The notes under the pieces: generated by a model
Database searches by the model: none
What the model was told of the DNA's origin: nothing
The model's input: the letters and a program-made list of their open reading frames with translations, nothing else
Part shown: positions 13,361-28,216 of the stretch, in pieces
How positions within the stretch are numbered: the stretch's first letter is position 1
Layout of the letters: each line of letters begins with the position of its first letter
Made by a program: the position numbers and the translations under genes
Assembly (NCBI GenBank): GCA_043228905.1
Contig: JBHGNT010000006.1
Coordinates: 4,712,001-4,776,000 of the forward strand
DNA: 64,000 nucleotides
Source: Azolla caroliniana
Taxonomy: Eukaryota > Plantae > Polypodiophyta
Direction of reading: 5' to 3'

Positions 13361-15185
13361 CTCTTATTTACCCTTACTTGACATCCACTAATTTATACTA
13401 GAAATATTAATTGCTTCCCATGGGGATGCTCACGCATGCTTTGGCATCTTCCCGTCAACTCATTATTATATGTCATGATGAGTTCAAATTGCTAAAATTG
13501 CAAATTCACCTATTTATAATGCATGTTTATTTTTAAGCACAATATATTGAAGGGTGGATCCACGATGACCTCTACTCCTCAATGGGTTTGGGAGGAAGAG
13601 ATGCCAATAAGAAAACAGATATAACGAAATGTACAACTTCTTATCAATGAATGGTTGTTGGGCCTTGGCTACGACGAGGATTCTTCTATACTCTTATGGG
13701 CCAATCAATCTATATACTCATAAGATACAATTACATAGTATACCCCTTTATATGTGGACATGTTCACAACTTAGGACTATCAACATCCATGTTAATGTTT
13801 CCACTTACAAACCTTGGCCCATAAGAAATATATAATGTTGCCAAGGTCATCAAAATACAATCATTTAAATGCGATCATAATCTCAATATGCTTATAGATC
13901 TCTCAAATGTGAATGCTTATAGATCCCTCAAATGCGAATGTGGATTTTCTATAAAACACAATCATATTCCAAAATTTCCAAAAGCTTGGCATGCCCAACT
14001 CATAGTTCGAGAAGAGCCACCCCTAGTGAAAGTTTACTTCTTACTTCAATGCATTATCATATAATTCTTTCCTTGCACAAAAGTAATGCAAATGTGAGAC
14101 ATTTACCTTAGTGTTGAGGTTGCACATTAGTATTTGTAACATTGTGTTTACCTAATGCCTTGAAAGGTGCTCAATAATTTTGGATGGGATAATCAAACAT
14201 TCGAACAAGGTAGCATTTATCATCATTTAGGTTACCCAATTGTTGTTGACATTGGCCATCTTCTCAAAGTTTCACTTAGATATTGAGTGTTATCTGTCAT
14301 AATTTTGTATATTGATAATCTCATATCTGTTCATTTATTGGGTTGACTCAAAGTGGTACAATCACATCCCCATGATTTCTTATTTTTTCAATTGCTATGA
14401 CGAATAAGTAAATCAATATATCAATTGGCTTCATTGAGTCATATATGCACCCAAAATGCTAAGGAAGATCAATCATGTTAAATTTGGAGGGTCGTATGGT
14501 AACTAGAATATTCATACAACGTTTTAATAAGAATTCAACATTGGGTGGTGACATTATGGAAGGTTGTCGTAAAGGTTGGTATAACAAGGTAAAGCAAGAT
14601 TTGAGCCTCATTATGACATGTTATAAAAAAACATTGCTTAGTCATTTATGGTTCAATTATAAGCGATCTTAACAACAAAGGTTTTGATTAGTCAATGGGT
14701 ATCTCTACCACCTTAGACACTCATGTCTTCATGTTTCTTGCTTTGGATGGAAAAATAAGCCAGGAGTTTGAAATCCATGTTACAATGAAACTTGGATATG
14801 TAAATGTCAAAATGTTCTCTTTTATTACCACACAAGCTTATGATGACATTCAAATTTGTGCGAACCTAGTTCCATATACCCTGTGGTGTTTGGTGACCAT
14901 TGTTAGTTTTGATTATTCATGTGGCTTGGGTTCCAAAATCGACGATAGAAAATATGTGGAGAGATTCGTTATTTGCTAACAAAAGATCAATAGTCATGGT
15001 GCATACCAAGTAACATATATCATCGATGGATTGAACAAAGACATGGATTAGTGATGAAGGTTTCAATTACATGGTGCAGAGTGTTGGATGTAGGGTGGTG
15101 ATCTCATATTCATTTAGTGTAAGTGTGCTCATTTGGTGGGTAATGGTGGATAGTTATTTTTTTACAATGATCGAGGCTTCCTATT

Positions 15186-15905
15186 TGAGAGGTTTTGAAC
15201 CATAGATTTCTTAGAAAGGATTAATTGTAATGTACAAAACGGAAAACAACAAAGTACACAATACACAGTTTTACGTGGAAACCCTAAATGGGGGAAAAGC
15301 ACGGGAATAGATATTCCACTATATGAAGAAAATACAAGAGAGGGGAACCAAGTTACAACTCTCTGTAACTCAGAGAATACCCCTCAAGGTTTGAGGCAAG
15401 TTCCACTGAAGTGTGTTGTCACTCTCTTGTGTCTCTCTTCCTCTCACTCTATTACTCTCACGCTTCTATTGCACTACTCCTACACAGACAAAAGCTCTAA
15501 CTTACATACATTCATAATGTTTGCCCTAGGTGTATTTATACTCATACACAATATGGGCTATTTACAGATATAGCTATTACTACTATTGTTATTAGACAAT
15601 AATAATAATAATAGTCTTTAATCAACCGACTGATCGGACCGACTAGTCGATTCTCACGTTGACTATCCAGTTGACCCGATCTAGCTGACTCCCATGTCAG
15701 CTATCCGGTTGGTCTGACTAGTTAGTCTTGTCTTCGACTTGGATCATCTATCCAATACCAACAACTCTCCCAAACGGCCCTCCATGTCCATTTTCCTAGT
15801 TGAATCTTTATTGTCTTCGACTGTCGACTCTTCCTTGGCTCGACTAATCGGCTATTCCTTGTTTTCGACTGTCGACTTCTCCCATAGGAGGGCATACTCC
15901 TAACA
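15186..15905 (-). mobile_element. Solo LTR (Copia-like), 720 bp
   Basis: TG...CA termini with 5-bp TSD CTATT at 15181-15185 and 15906-15910. Contains the tttacgtggaaaccc...gggaaaagcacgg motif common in reversed Copia LTRs and a minus-strand TATAAATA near 15533-15540. Confidence 0.85.
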
Positions 15906-18083
15906 CTATTTGCCTATTTGCTAGATTAAATTGGGTTGTCATGGTGTAACTTTCAATGGGTTTTCCTTCAAAGAGCTAGGGCTTTTCTCTTGAAACATTT
16001 ATGGTAAATTTACCACTTGGTCTCACATCAAGTTTTAAGTTAATAATATTTGAATGCACGTAGAGAAAGCCACAAAACATTGTTTTTACTCCATATCTAT
16101 TCAAGCTAAATCCTTTAATTAGGTTTGGCATTGTGTTCAACATAGTAAAAGGCTCTCTCAATACACAAAAACATTTTATCTTTGTCCAAAAATCACTCAC
16201 AATTAACACCAGGTTGAACCCATAGATTTGAGGTATTCGTAGTTCTAAGGCATTTTTCATAATTATGTCACGTGTGGCGAGATCAAATATTTGGTAGAGG
16301 ACAAGGTTTGGTCTACAATATCTTCTTTAGTAGTTTGGGTATTGTCAAAGACAATATGTAAATGTGTACTCCAAAAAGTCAAACAGAATGCGGTTGAGTT
16401 AGTCATGGAGAGATGGTTGATGCTTCTCATACTCTAAGAGGTCAATATGAGACAATAACTAGTGAGCCTGATGTTGTGTTTCATAAGCAACAACATTTTA
16501 GAGAAATGTGGAAAAAGGCAGAGGTGTTCACTTCTTTTGGGGAGACTTGAATAAAGTGGACATTTGCTCCACCAAGATGGTTTTTTTTCACACCCCTCCC
16601 CCTGTCTTGGAAGGACCCCGATTTCATGCTCAGGTAGATGTGTTAGGGCTTTTGCTACTCGACATGTTGGTTTGATGAGGGTATGATGGTTATGTTTTCT
16701 TATATGAGTTCTTTGTAGCATTTGGGCATCTTTTCATTAATATCGAGGTGAATCTTTTATCCAAATAGAAAAAAAAAACTTATTTTACTATGCATTGCAC
16801 CTTTTGTTTCTAACATTCAATTATTATATAAGGAATTATTTTTTATTCTTTGGAATTAAGCAATTGAAGATTGGTTTGAGCAATCTAACAATTCAAAGGA
16901 CATGAGGTCAAAGCCCCATTTTAAAACTAGTTTCTAAATGTTTTTTTTTTCGCCAATTTTAAAAATATTCTGGAAGACGGGCAAATATGTTGACAAATAC
17001 AAATATTTCAGTTGATGCTTGGATCCAACAACAGGAATTAAGGATACAATCTCCACTAAGAAAGAAGAAACCCAATCCCCCCTCCCCCTTTGTAACGTAT
17101 CCGATGGGTTGAGGGGTTCTGTGATTGGAACTACAACGCACCACCTTTACGTATTGAGGCAAGGACCTTGCTTTATAGGTAGAGAAGGCACCCATTGTAA
17201 CACATCCATTGTGTTGAGGGGTTCCGTGATGAGGTGAGGGCCTTCTTGATGGGTAAAGAAGGCCCCGTGAGTCGTGGGCTTCTAAGTCTTCGCGATGGAT
17301 GGAGAAGACACCTGTGACTCACAAAAGCATATTGGAATCTGGATAGAGGGTGGTTGGGTGGTATGTTGAGCGGGTCCAAATCCTTCACATAGTTGAGTAA
17401 GCATGGCCACGAGAGTCCAAATCCGATTGAAGATCCACCCTAATCACAAAATTCCGGTATATGGATAACATGATGGAGGTTGTGAATGTTGGACGTTGGA
17501 CGTTGGACAATTAGTGTGCAGGGAGGGACAAATGGTGTGAATGCGTAGGCAAGCAGGAAGGCGGAAGGGCTGAAATGCAAAGCGGATGGGTGTGGACGGA
17601 GATCTGTGTGTATATCAAGACGAGAAAAATATTGCGAGGAGAGGGACACATGAGATGATGTATGTGTATATATGTGGAGAAGGTACACGCTGCAAATGGT
17701 GTGGTTGAAGGTGTATGTGAAGGAGGGAGGTAGATGGGTGCAAGAGGCGATGGTTTCGTTTTGTCCGGGTTGTTTGGGCTGGCGGGAGTTGCGTGGATGG
17801 ATGGGCGGGCGGATGGACATAAAGATGGACATTGAATTGGGTGGGTGCCCAAAAGGGGGTGTGGTCCGTCCATCCATTGATGGTGATGGTGTGGGCGATT
17901 GGATTTTACAGCGAATATTTGTACATATATTTTCCTCTCACACTTCCGGAAAAAAGAAAACAAAGCCTTTGGTTTTGTCGCTCTTTTGCTTCTTCCGTCT
18001 TAATTTCCACCATTCTTTCAAATTCTCTGCTTCCCCCCTCGACGTCAGAACCGACACTTCTACGCAGCTGTTTTGAGAACGCC

Positions 18084-18093
18084 ATGGTTAGTC

Positions 18094-18141
<48 letters not shown>

Positions 18142-18976
18142 ATAGGCTGTTTTGCCTTACCCCTTCAATCATTCAATTCTGCGAAAAAGGACTCCGTTTC
18201 TCTTTGATTTGCTGAAGAATCCAATTTTATTTATTTATTTTGTTCCAATTCTTTGAAAGGAACCCCAGACTCTCGCGTCTAATCAATCTGATTACGTTTT
18301 TGTGTTTTCTTTCCTTGTATGTTCTTATCAATCAGTCCTACTCTTTTATGTCTTCCTGGCAACGTGAACTTTGTCTCTTTAATCGAAAGAGCAGATTTGT
18401 TTTGATTTCCTTCTCTTCACACATTCTTCTGCATGCACGAGTTGTATGTGAGAAGACCAGATTTATGTCGACTTTCTGATGTTTAGGATTATATTTATCT
18501 ACGAGGAAACCAAATTACTTCTGCATGCATGGTTTGCATGTGATAATGACCAAGTTTTTATTGGTCGGATGATGTTTATGATCAGTTTTTTCTATGAAAA
18601 GTCCACATTTTGTTCATCTCATGGCGGTCATGACTTCGTGCATGACTTTTGTATGATAGAGAAGACCATATTTCTGTGGAGCTTCACACTTTATTTGTCT
18701 ATGGAGGAGAAAATATCATTGTTTCATGCACGATCCTTCTGTAGAAGACAATATCATATTTCTATGAGATACGTGATGATTCTTTCTTGCTTTCATATCC
18801 TACAGTCATCCAAAGAACCCCATGCTGTTGCAAAAGATCCTGAAACTCGAGAGGATCAGGCAGTAAATGAATCTCATACAGGAGAATCTGAACATCAGAG
18901 AGAAAGTGAAGCTCAGGGAGAAGAAGAATCTACAGAAATTTCTAAAATTGTGAATGAACAGACAGCACATGAGGTT

Positions 18977-19014
<38 letters not shown>

Positions 19015-21014
19015 GCATATATTCCTTTTTGAAATGAAGAAATGTGAGGTTATAAAAATGATCTATCAATTTCTTTTATGAACAAACAATACAGGAGGTT
19101 TGACTCACTTCATAGCTCTTCTTTTGTGATATGTTTAAAGAAACATGAAGTTAAATTTCTGATTTGTGCAGGAGGAGGAGAAGACCAAGACAGACGACGA
19201 AGAGGTAGCTGATACTGCAGAAACCAGTGAAGCTCCCGAAATAGAAGAAAGTGAAAAACCTCGCAAATTGACTGTACGTTTCCCAATCTATATGGAGAAA
19301 AGATTTATATTAGTGTAATGTTGCGATATTTCTATTTCATTTCATTTTATATATCTATATGTATATATATTTGCACGTTTTATATATCTGTGTTTGTGTG
19401 TTTTGCGTCTGTGGGTGTTAGTGTTTATATGTTGTGTATAACGATGTGGGGTGTGTGTCCCGTGTTTTATGTATGTGTGTGTGTGTGCACGTTTTATGTA
19501 TGTGTGTGTGTTGTATGTATATGTGTGTATGGGTGGTTTGCACGTGGTGTTAGGGTTTGTATGTTGTGTGTATAACGTGGTGCATGTGTACGTGCATATG
19601 TGGTGTTGGTGTGTGATGTGTTTGTATAGAAGTCTGTATTTCATTTTTCAATATTTATGTTTATATTATGTAGCTTTGTTTCTATATTTTTTCAGATTGA
19701 TGACATTAAGACTGCACCAATGGATTTCCGTTTTCCTACAACGAACCAGGCCCGGCACTGCTTCACGCGTTATGTAGAGTATCACAGGTACATTTCTAGA
19801 GAGTTCTGCACTAATGCATTCTATATTGAGGTTGTGCTATCCATGCAATTACGATTTAAAGTTTACTAAAATTTGTAGGTAATCTGATGTATTTCAGCCT
19901 TTATGTTTAATTCAAAGGCTGCATTTTTGTTCTTCTGAAAATAGAAGATCCATGCATTAAAATAGGAACTTTTTCTGAAAGCACAGAAATAATATGTGAA
20001 TCAAGATTTGTAATCTTGTTAGATTTGGTACTGAAGTGCCACTACAAAAAAGAAAACCTTACTTTCTCTGTTTTTGATTTCTCTATAACATTTTCCTCTG
20101 CCTGAAGTTTTCACTTGAAATTTGCTGGATTTGGTACTGGAGAGACAAAAGAAGAAGAAATCCTTTGTGTTCTCTGTTCCAGATGTCAGTATCAAAGCTT
20201 ATCATCTATTGTATTTGAGAGTTCAATTTACAAATGTTGCCATAATTAGGATATTTGTTTGTCAGTTTTTTTAACCTCTCGACAGTCCATTTAAATCTTA
20301 AATTCATTTAAGACCTTGACTGAACAATGTAAGAGCACTAGGGTGCAAAAGATCTTAAATATTTTTGAAGGTTAGTGCATCTATAATATGTTGAATGTTC
20401 TGATTGTACACAATGACATACGAACACAGTTATGCCAAAAAAAAATGAAGGACATCGTGTTCCAAACACCTTATATTGATGAGGGATTTGGCTTTTTCCT
20501 GAGATATGGGATATGCTAATTTTTTCTCTGGATGATCGTCTATGCAGATGCATACAAGCCAAGGGTGAGGATAATCCTGAGTGTGAGAAGTATGCAAGAT
20601 ACTATCGTTCCTTGTGTCCTAGTGAATGGGTATGTCAGAAATAACTCTTAAGACACCCCTGTGTTTTTCGTTCTGCCTCAATTCTTTCATTGTTTCCCTG
20701 ACGCCCTTGGTCAACCCCCTGAAAGAGAGAAAAAAAGGATAATTTGACCATATAATTGCTTAATTAGGACAAATTTTTGCTTTTTTGGGGGTTCTCCAAG
20801 GGTATTTTTGGGAATCATTGAAAACTTTGGGGCAACTTGTGAAGTAAATAAAAACTTGGATACTTTAGAGATTCCACTAACTTAAATAGCACAATTTCAA
20901 TTTTTTACAATTGCTATTAATGGATCAGTTGAAGTACTTTTTATTTTTATGATATAATAGATTGAGAGATGGAATGAACAAAGAGAGAATGGAACATTTC
21001 CAGGACCTTTGTAG
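18084..21014 (+). CDS. COX6B: Cytochrome c oxidase subunit 6b, long form with acidic N-terminal extension (166 aa)
   Basis: Exons 18084-18086 (ATG only), 18806-18973, 19172-19273, 19696-19787, 20548-20629 and 20961-21014, 501 nt in frame. Contains KTAPMDFRFPTTNQARHCFTRYVEYHRCIQAKGEDNPECEKYARYYRSLCPSEWIERWNEQRENGTFPGPL with CX9C and CX10C motifs. Confidence 0.95.
20673..20834. mobile_element. Degenerate foldback MITE in the last COX6B intron
   Basis: tgcctcaattctttcattgtttccc...cccttggtcaaccccc is an imperfect inverted repeat of gggggttctccaaggg...gggaatcattgaaaactttggggca. Confidence 0.5.
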
Positions 21015-24000
21015 AAGCTAGTTTTTTTCAGGAGATGAAAGAAATTTCTTGCCTTTGGCCAATCAATAAATCTGCGTTCTTATCTGATGTCAAGACTTGT
21101 TTGTGCTAAATTGTCATAGATTATCTTCTTCAAAGAACAAACGGAAATTTAAGACAATCTAGAAATACTGCAGATATTAGTGATAATAGATGGTTGGCTG
21201 TTGTTAAGCAGGTATGAGTAGAACTGTAGTTGCCATGTTTTCAATTTGGCCCCAAAATAACAAATCACAATCTCATTCTAATAATATCCAAAGGAAAATT
21301 TCCATCACTTGATGGTGTTTATTTGTACGTAACTATGATATATCTTATTCATAAGTTTACACGTGGTCCAAATCAATTCAATTCACTTTTATCCTTGCTT
21401 TCCGTATCTATGGTGGTTTACACTGTAGCATCATGTCGTAAAATTGAGAGAACCCAAGTTCGATCTTCGCCATGGGCTAGGCCCCGTCTCACTGATGACA
21501 ATTTGTCTGCAGTGGACATTAAAAGTAATTTATCTATCCTTTCATACCTAATTATATCATCACAGAATGCTGCTTTAAATTATGTGCATACTTCCTAATC
21601 CTGTTTCATGTTTAATTGCTGACCTCACCACATTCTGATTCATCTTAAAATGATGGTGTCTCCAATTATTCAAATGCAGTATTTATTGGGCCATTTATTT
21701 CATAAAACTCCCACATGAAGTAATCTTATCAAGTTTCTTCCATCAAAGTTTTGATGAATGAAGATTAGCAGTTTCTACTTTCTCAATTGAGTTGCAATAG
21801 AAGTTGGAAATGGCTCATCCACGGTCCACTTTCACCTCTTATGGATCTCAGTCCCGCAGTGCAAATCTGTTAATAACATTGAATGTGACATGTGGAGTAT
21901 TCTGGACACCGTAGAAGATTGATGATCATCAACTCTATTGCTTTCATATCAACATATAAAATTTTTATTGGAGGAAAACTTTAAGAGAGAAATAATCTGA
22001 AGGCAAGATTCAAATTCTAGGAGTTTTCCTCCATTATTTCTATTACTGTTTCACCATTCTTATCATTCTCTTTCCCTTTACATCTTGATATCCCTTCTAG
22101 AAGAGTGGTCAAAAGAGGCCAGAAGTCTTTGTAATGAAGGTAAATTCTTGTAAAGCCGTTTGTGGATCTCATATTTGGGATTATTGCCTTCATTGGGCAC
22201 AAGACTGACATTTGATGACAACTTTATAATTTGTAGTCCAAATTACTATGATCGCAATTGTTTTGAGTAATTCTCATTTGGTGCACACACTACTTGAATC
22301 TTTCCTCTTCTCCCTGGATTTGATCATCGCCTCGTTAAAATTGCCTTGCAATAACCCTCATATGCTATGTTTGAGATGGATTCTTTTTTGTTGTGATTCC
22401 ATTTGCATCTGTACGCAAGCCCAAATATTTACCTTGCCAACCCTCTTGAATCAATGGCATTTTCTAACTAGGTTCCCTATCCTTTGATGCCTTTGTTGGC
22501 ATCAAGTATACCTTACAATTAGAATGCAAGTAAATATAAACATCTTAATCAATACTTGATAGAACTCTTAGTGGTTAAAGATAATGTGGATTTGATTACA
22601 ACAAAGTCATGGCATAGGCATTATACCATCAAGAGGGGGTGGAGAGTGAAGAACATGTCCATGACAAGAAAAGGTTCCACCACACGCATCCTTTGCCAAT
22701 TTTTCTTCTAATGTGGCATCAAACAATGATTCTTTGAGAACCAAACTTTACATCCCTTGTCGATTTTTTCTTCTAATGTGATGTTAGAGAATGATTCTTT
22801 GAGAACTAAACTATTTGTTGTGCATGATCTTAACTTATTATTTTCGTGATGAATTTAATATCAGTTCCATTGCTCAATGTGTCAAACCACAATGTTAATG
22901 TTAGATAACACAATCATTTGTTATGATTAAATTGTATAAATATATAGGCTATAATTTGTATATAAGTTTTGCAATGGCAATGCTTTCCCTTTGTTTTTGA
23001 ATGCATGATGTCTCATTAGTTACGTGGTTCAAATGGTGGATTTATGGAAATTGATTCAAGAGTTGTAAGTATTTGTTTTGCATGGGTGAAGTTGCATGTG
23101 TTGATTGTTTTGGCATTTAATTTTTATGATGGATCAATGGATTTGGGGTTTTCTTTGTTGTTTTACATTCCATTGAAGTTGAAGATGAAGAAGAGTGTTA
23201 TCAATAGTGTCCACTATCACTCCTTTTTTATAAAACCTCTATTAGAGTTCTTTTGCAAAATAATTGTGTTGTCTCACCATAAATGGCTCCTTGGACAAGG
23301 AAATGAATACATGGAATGAAACTTTGAGAATAGATGAAGGTGCGTCATAATGTGGAAGTCTCAAATTCTATTTTAGCCTCGATTAAGCTATGTTGGAACT
23401 TTCTATTTGGGTTTATTGGTTTGATATTTGATTGACCAGAGTTTCTATTGAATATATGGTTTGAAGTTGTGTGCTCAGTTTCCATAGAAACTATATTGCT
23501 TGAAGTTTTCCCCTTGCTTATTGAGATGTCTAACTAATTTGACCACTACTCATTCTCAAGGAGAAAGTCTTATTTTTGCAAGGGTCCAATCAAACATCAA
23601 GACTAGTAAACATTGTCAAGTTAAATGTTTCTCAATCTCGATTAATATGAACCCATCTTGATCATCAAGAAACATGTATGTCATGGAAACTTGCTTTGTT
23701 TGGCATCATTTGGAAAGTGTGCCAACACTTGTCTAGAAAAGCATGTGGATTGAAAATGTTCTAACTCGCTAAATGTGTTGCACAAACATATGCATTTATC
23801 AAAATTATAAACACAAATTTCCAAAACACATGCCTATCAGGATCAACAAAACAACTATTCAAGTTCATAGCTTTGCAATTCCATATGACTTTTGTCTCAA
23901 TCCATGCCATTTGGATTTGGGAAGTATGATATATTAGATCATTTATCTCAATTTTTTAAATCAATTTTGGATGGCATTACTTATCCCAATTCCTTTTGTA

Positions 24001-27000
24001 GACATTAAAATGCCCCACACAATTAAAAGTTATGCAATTTTACAATTGTACAAGTCTTACATAGTATGTAGTCGTCGTAGCTTAAGAGCATATCTTCATT
24101 CAAAGAGATGAGCTTATCCTTGATTCAAAACTAAGTTTAAGTACATAAAAAGTTAGCCGATGAAAATGAAAATGTTTCAGAATGCTATTTTGTCTAGTGT
24201 GCGCTTTGAAATATCAAGTTCATGCATGCCAATTTTCTCTCGTAATTGAAAATAATGATGAGAGTCATTGAAATGACACATTATGTATGCATGCACAAGT
24301 TCTATGTGTGCCAAATGAATATACTAGGACATGCTTGTATTGGAAGTTCCTACCTTGGGTGGGCATCTAGGCTCCTTCCGACAATGCAAATGTATAATTA
24401 GTCTTTACACAAAAGATGATGCATTCAATATTAATGATTGAGGATTGAATCTTAATATGTAGTGAAAACATGCAACACAATGAGCATTTATGTTTAGCAC
24501 ATATATGCTTCATACAAGTGGGTAGGCACTAAGCAATGACATTTGTGACAAAACATTACATACAATATGATGTGCTTGTGTAGGAAATTTGTTTTGTCCT
24601 TCATCATCAATCTCACTCTAAATATGATTTGTCTTTGTTGTGTTCTCTCGTAGCCATGGGTTATAGTTTAGTAGTTGGCTCTTCTTTTATTCTTGTTGCG
24701 CCTTTCCATAGTCACATGTCGCATGATTTCTCATAGATTTTTTCTTGTCCATCAACAACAGTGTCCCATAATTTTCGTTTATAGGTATATGTTGGACTAA
24801 TCTTTTCTCCTAAGGTTAATTCCTTGTTATAATGCTTTCTACTTTTGTTTGGACACTTCTTCTTTGTAAACCTATGGGGAGTAGTTTAGCTTCTTTGTTG
24901 TTTCAAATTCTCTTTAGTCAACCTCTCCTAATACTAATTGTGTTGTGTTTTGTTCTCTTATAATATTGAGAAGTGATTATCTAGAAAGTAGTTAAAAGTG
25001 ATAGAAAGTATCTAGAGGTGAAAGTAGCTAGAAGTGATTGTCTAGAATGTATCTAAAGAGGCATTCTCTCGTAATAATGAGATGAGATTTTCTAGAAAAT
25101 ATCTAAAGCATTAGTAACTAAGTGTGTGCCTTAGATCTCCCATGAAAAGTTTATGTGTGTTGTTACCATTGATCTATTAATGTGATGGTGAGAACCTCGA
25201 ATCCTCATCTTTTTATTATTATCAACGTACCATAAAGTTTGTGAGCAATGAGATCAAGTGTGATCATGACGAGATTAGAGTGACACTGGTTGTTTTTTCC
25301 TCGTTTTATATTTTTATGATTGATTTGGGATAATTGAAAGATGGGTTCCAATGTTCAAATATATTATCATTTCTCGTTTTCTAGCATTGGAGAACTTTGT
25401 CATTGTAATTCATAAAGGAGCAAAATATTTAGGATCCCCGATGCCAATGTATGGACATTTGTATCACTTTTATCTTCCTTTCCTCCTTCCCTTAGCAACA
25501 TTTTCCCCTATTGCATTAGAAAGCCAATATGGGAAAGCAAAATATAAAAACCCTCAAAATCTTGGAAAAGGGCGAGGTTCACTTCTATTGTTTTCAAAAT
25601 GTAAACCCTTCAATGTTGTAAAATAAAATCCATTGCAATTTCTAGTCCCAATCAAGGATCTATCCTGTCTCTCTTTGTAATAGCTCTATAATATCATGCC
25701 ATCGTTGTTATCATTTATAACTCTTTCTACTACCTCTCAAGTAGTTTCTCGGATGTTGACTAATCATGAAGTTTGTGAATATGAGGTAAGGCAACATATG
25801 TATGTGCTCTTTGTGTATTTACGTATTTTTAAGTCAATTTGACTTATGCAAGACTTTATTCCTATCAATTTGTCTCGGTTTCCTTAACTTGGTCATGGTT
25901 GGATGGTGATAGATAAAGTTATGGTTCAAATAATATAGTTCCACGTTTGAAGTACAATTTGACATTGTAAAGTATGTGTAAATGCTTACCTATACAAATA
26001 TACTGATGACATTTGGTAAATCTAAGTAAAAAGTCATCACAACATACAATAGACCATGTGGCATCAAACCCAAAAAAATGTCAATGATGGTGTTCGATAA
26101 CTTGTTGTTTGTGAATTCCTTGAACCAATTCAATATCATTTGAAGTAGAGGGAATGATGTGACATTAACATCACTACATTGTATTGACTTCTAGAATGCC
26201 AACACATTGTATATGACAAGGCCAAACACATTAACATCATGCACCTAGACAATAACACATACAATAAATAAAAAAGAAATTTGATGGAGTGGTATTTAAA
26301 ACATTTCATGTCAATTTGTATAAAATGACAACCATGAGTGAAGGAGTTTACATACATAATGCACTTACTAGTTAACCAAAAGAACCATTGAGGTTCTTGT
26401 CATGTCCAACACACCCACAATTTTATCTTTATTACACTCTAGTAATAATTATATCATTCATATATTATTGCTTATTGCAAAAATTTGTGTTCTCTGTATT
26501 GAAAAGCTCAAATCACTTCATCCATATCCCATGGCTCTTTGTATTAAATGAGTAAGAATATATAACTCTAGTGTCATGAAGTACATACCTCGTAATAAAT
26601 TTGTGTTGTCATTATACATATCGCTCAATTGCAATATACTCCACATTTCCTACAAGCAATACCACTCATCAAACTATCTTACTTTATAAGTCCACCACTT
26701 GCATGGAATGTACTTGTCAAATGCCTTCCGATAATGTTTTGGTTGATTTAGTATTCGTAGTGCAAATCATATTTACCGTTTTCATTTTTCATTTCTAAAT
26801 TCATGTGAAAGAATCTAACACTGACATTGAGGGCGAGGAGGAGAATAAGAAGAGAAGTCATACAATCAATACATGATCAAGAAAGACATATTTTTAACAT
26901 TCAAGGGAGATTGATCCTCACTTGTGGGCCTTGGGTTCTCTCAAATTTATGACTTTGATGTTGATACTTGAGAGTTGAGATATAAACCACCAAGCCAACA

Positions 27001-28040
27001 ACTACAACGATGTGGTAAAGTAAAAATGCTTGTATGGGTTAAAAGGTTGCACACACATATATATGATAGCATGTATTCATGCATCAACACCACAACTTGC
27101 CAAAATGTCATTAGAGATGGCATGCATTTCATCAAGCAAAATTTCACATTCATGCAAATCTAAGGGGTTTGCCCTTTCTCAAGGTAGAGAGCATTTTCAG
27201 ATCCTAAGTTTCACATATCTAAGTTTTCTCAGTGGAAAAATCACATCCATTATCTTTTGATTTAAAGGAGGTAGTGGAATTTGGTAAATGAAAAGATATC
27301 TACCAATATGTATTACGAGAATAGACCAATTGACAATATTAGTAATTCACCTACATTACAAACAACATCCATTGATTAGCATTAGACTATGTACGCTCGA
27401 TAAACTTATATATGGAAGAACTTGGACGACACAATCAAATTGATGACAACATTGTACAAGATCAGGAATGTGATATGCTTCTTTGTGAGAAAATCCCCCC
27501 CAATTGTTTATAATGGATGCACATAAAGGTGAATAGGCCTACACTATTGGAACCGTAGGGCAAGTATTCCAAGCATAGTTGAAGCAAAATTGTGTGACAA
27601 AAAATAGATGAAAAGACTCGCATTTGAGAGAAGTTCAATGGAGGAGCTTACAATGCGGCGAGTATCACCAAAAGTGCCCCTTTCAAATGGAATCTTCTCT
27701 CCCAATAAATAATAGAACAAATGTAGTGTTTGAACATGTAAGAAAGTGGCTAGTGTTATCATTTGTGAAGATTGAGGAGATTAACATCCTAGCATCAAAA
27801 TCAAATTGCACAGAGGAATATCAAACATCCTCAATGCAATATCTTGGACATCCTCATGAAGGATGAGGCATCACATAATCATTAATGGTGCTTGATCTAG
27901 GAATGTCATTCCTTATGCCACTAGGCAAGCCTCAATGAGTGGTACATCCTATGAATATTGTCGCATGAAAAGCACCAAATTTTGGATCCAATTTTGTTGA
28001 GATGTGTTTTCCTTATGTACGAACCCAAATAGTGATCCAA

Positions 28041-28216
28041 CACAATGGTGCGGTATATTTAAGGAGAAGATACATGCTTAACCAATAAAAGAGACGGGAA
28101 TATAAAGTTTCTCCATATTAGCCTATCACACAATGGTGTGGTATATTGTAAGGAGAAGATGCACACTTAACCAATAAAAGAGACGGGAATATAAAGTTTT
28201 TCCATATTAGCCTATC
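28041..28216. repeat. 88-bp tandem duplication
   Basis: cacaatggtgYggtatatt...aaccaataaaagagacgggaatataaagttt...ccatattagcctatc occurs at 28041 and 28129. Confidence 0.9.

Noticed and set aside
9900-14900. Specific transposase assignment for this CG-depleted region
   Set aside because: Probably old TE debris, but no diagnostic motif could be read.
19318-19777. Cys/Val-rich or His/Thr-rich ORFs
   Set aside because: Artefacts of (TG)n/(TA)n low-complexity sequence in a COX6B intron.
24650-25300. Copia gag (LWDTVVDG on minus) and LTR-like tctagaa repeats
   Set aside because: Similarity is too weak and no boundaries or TSD were found.
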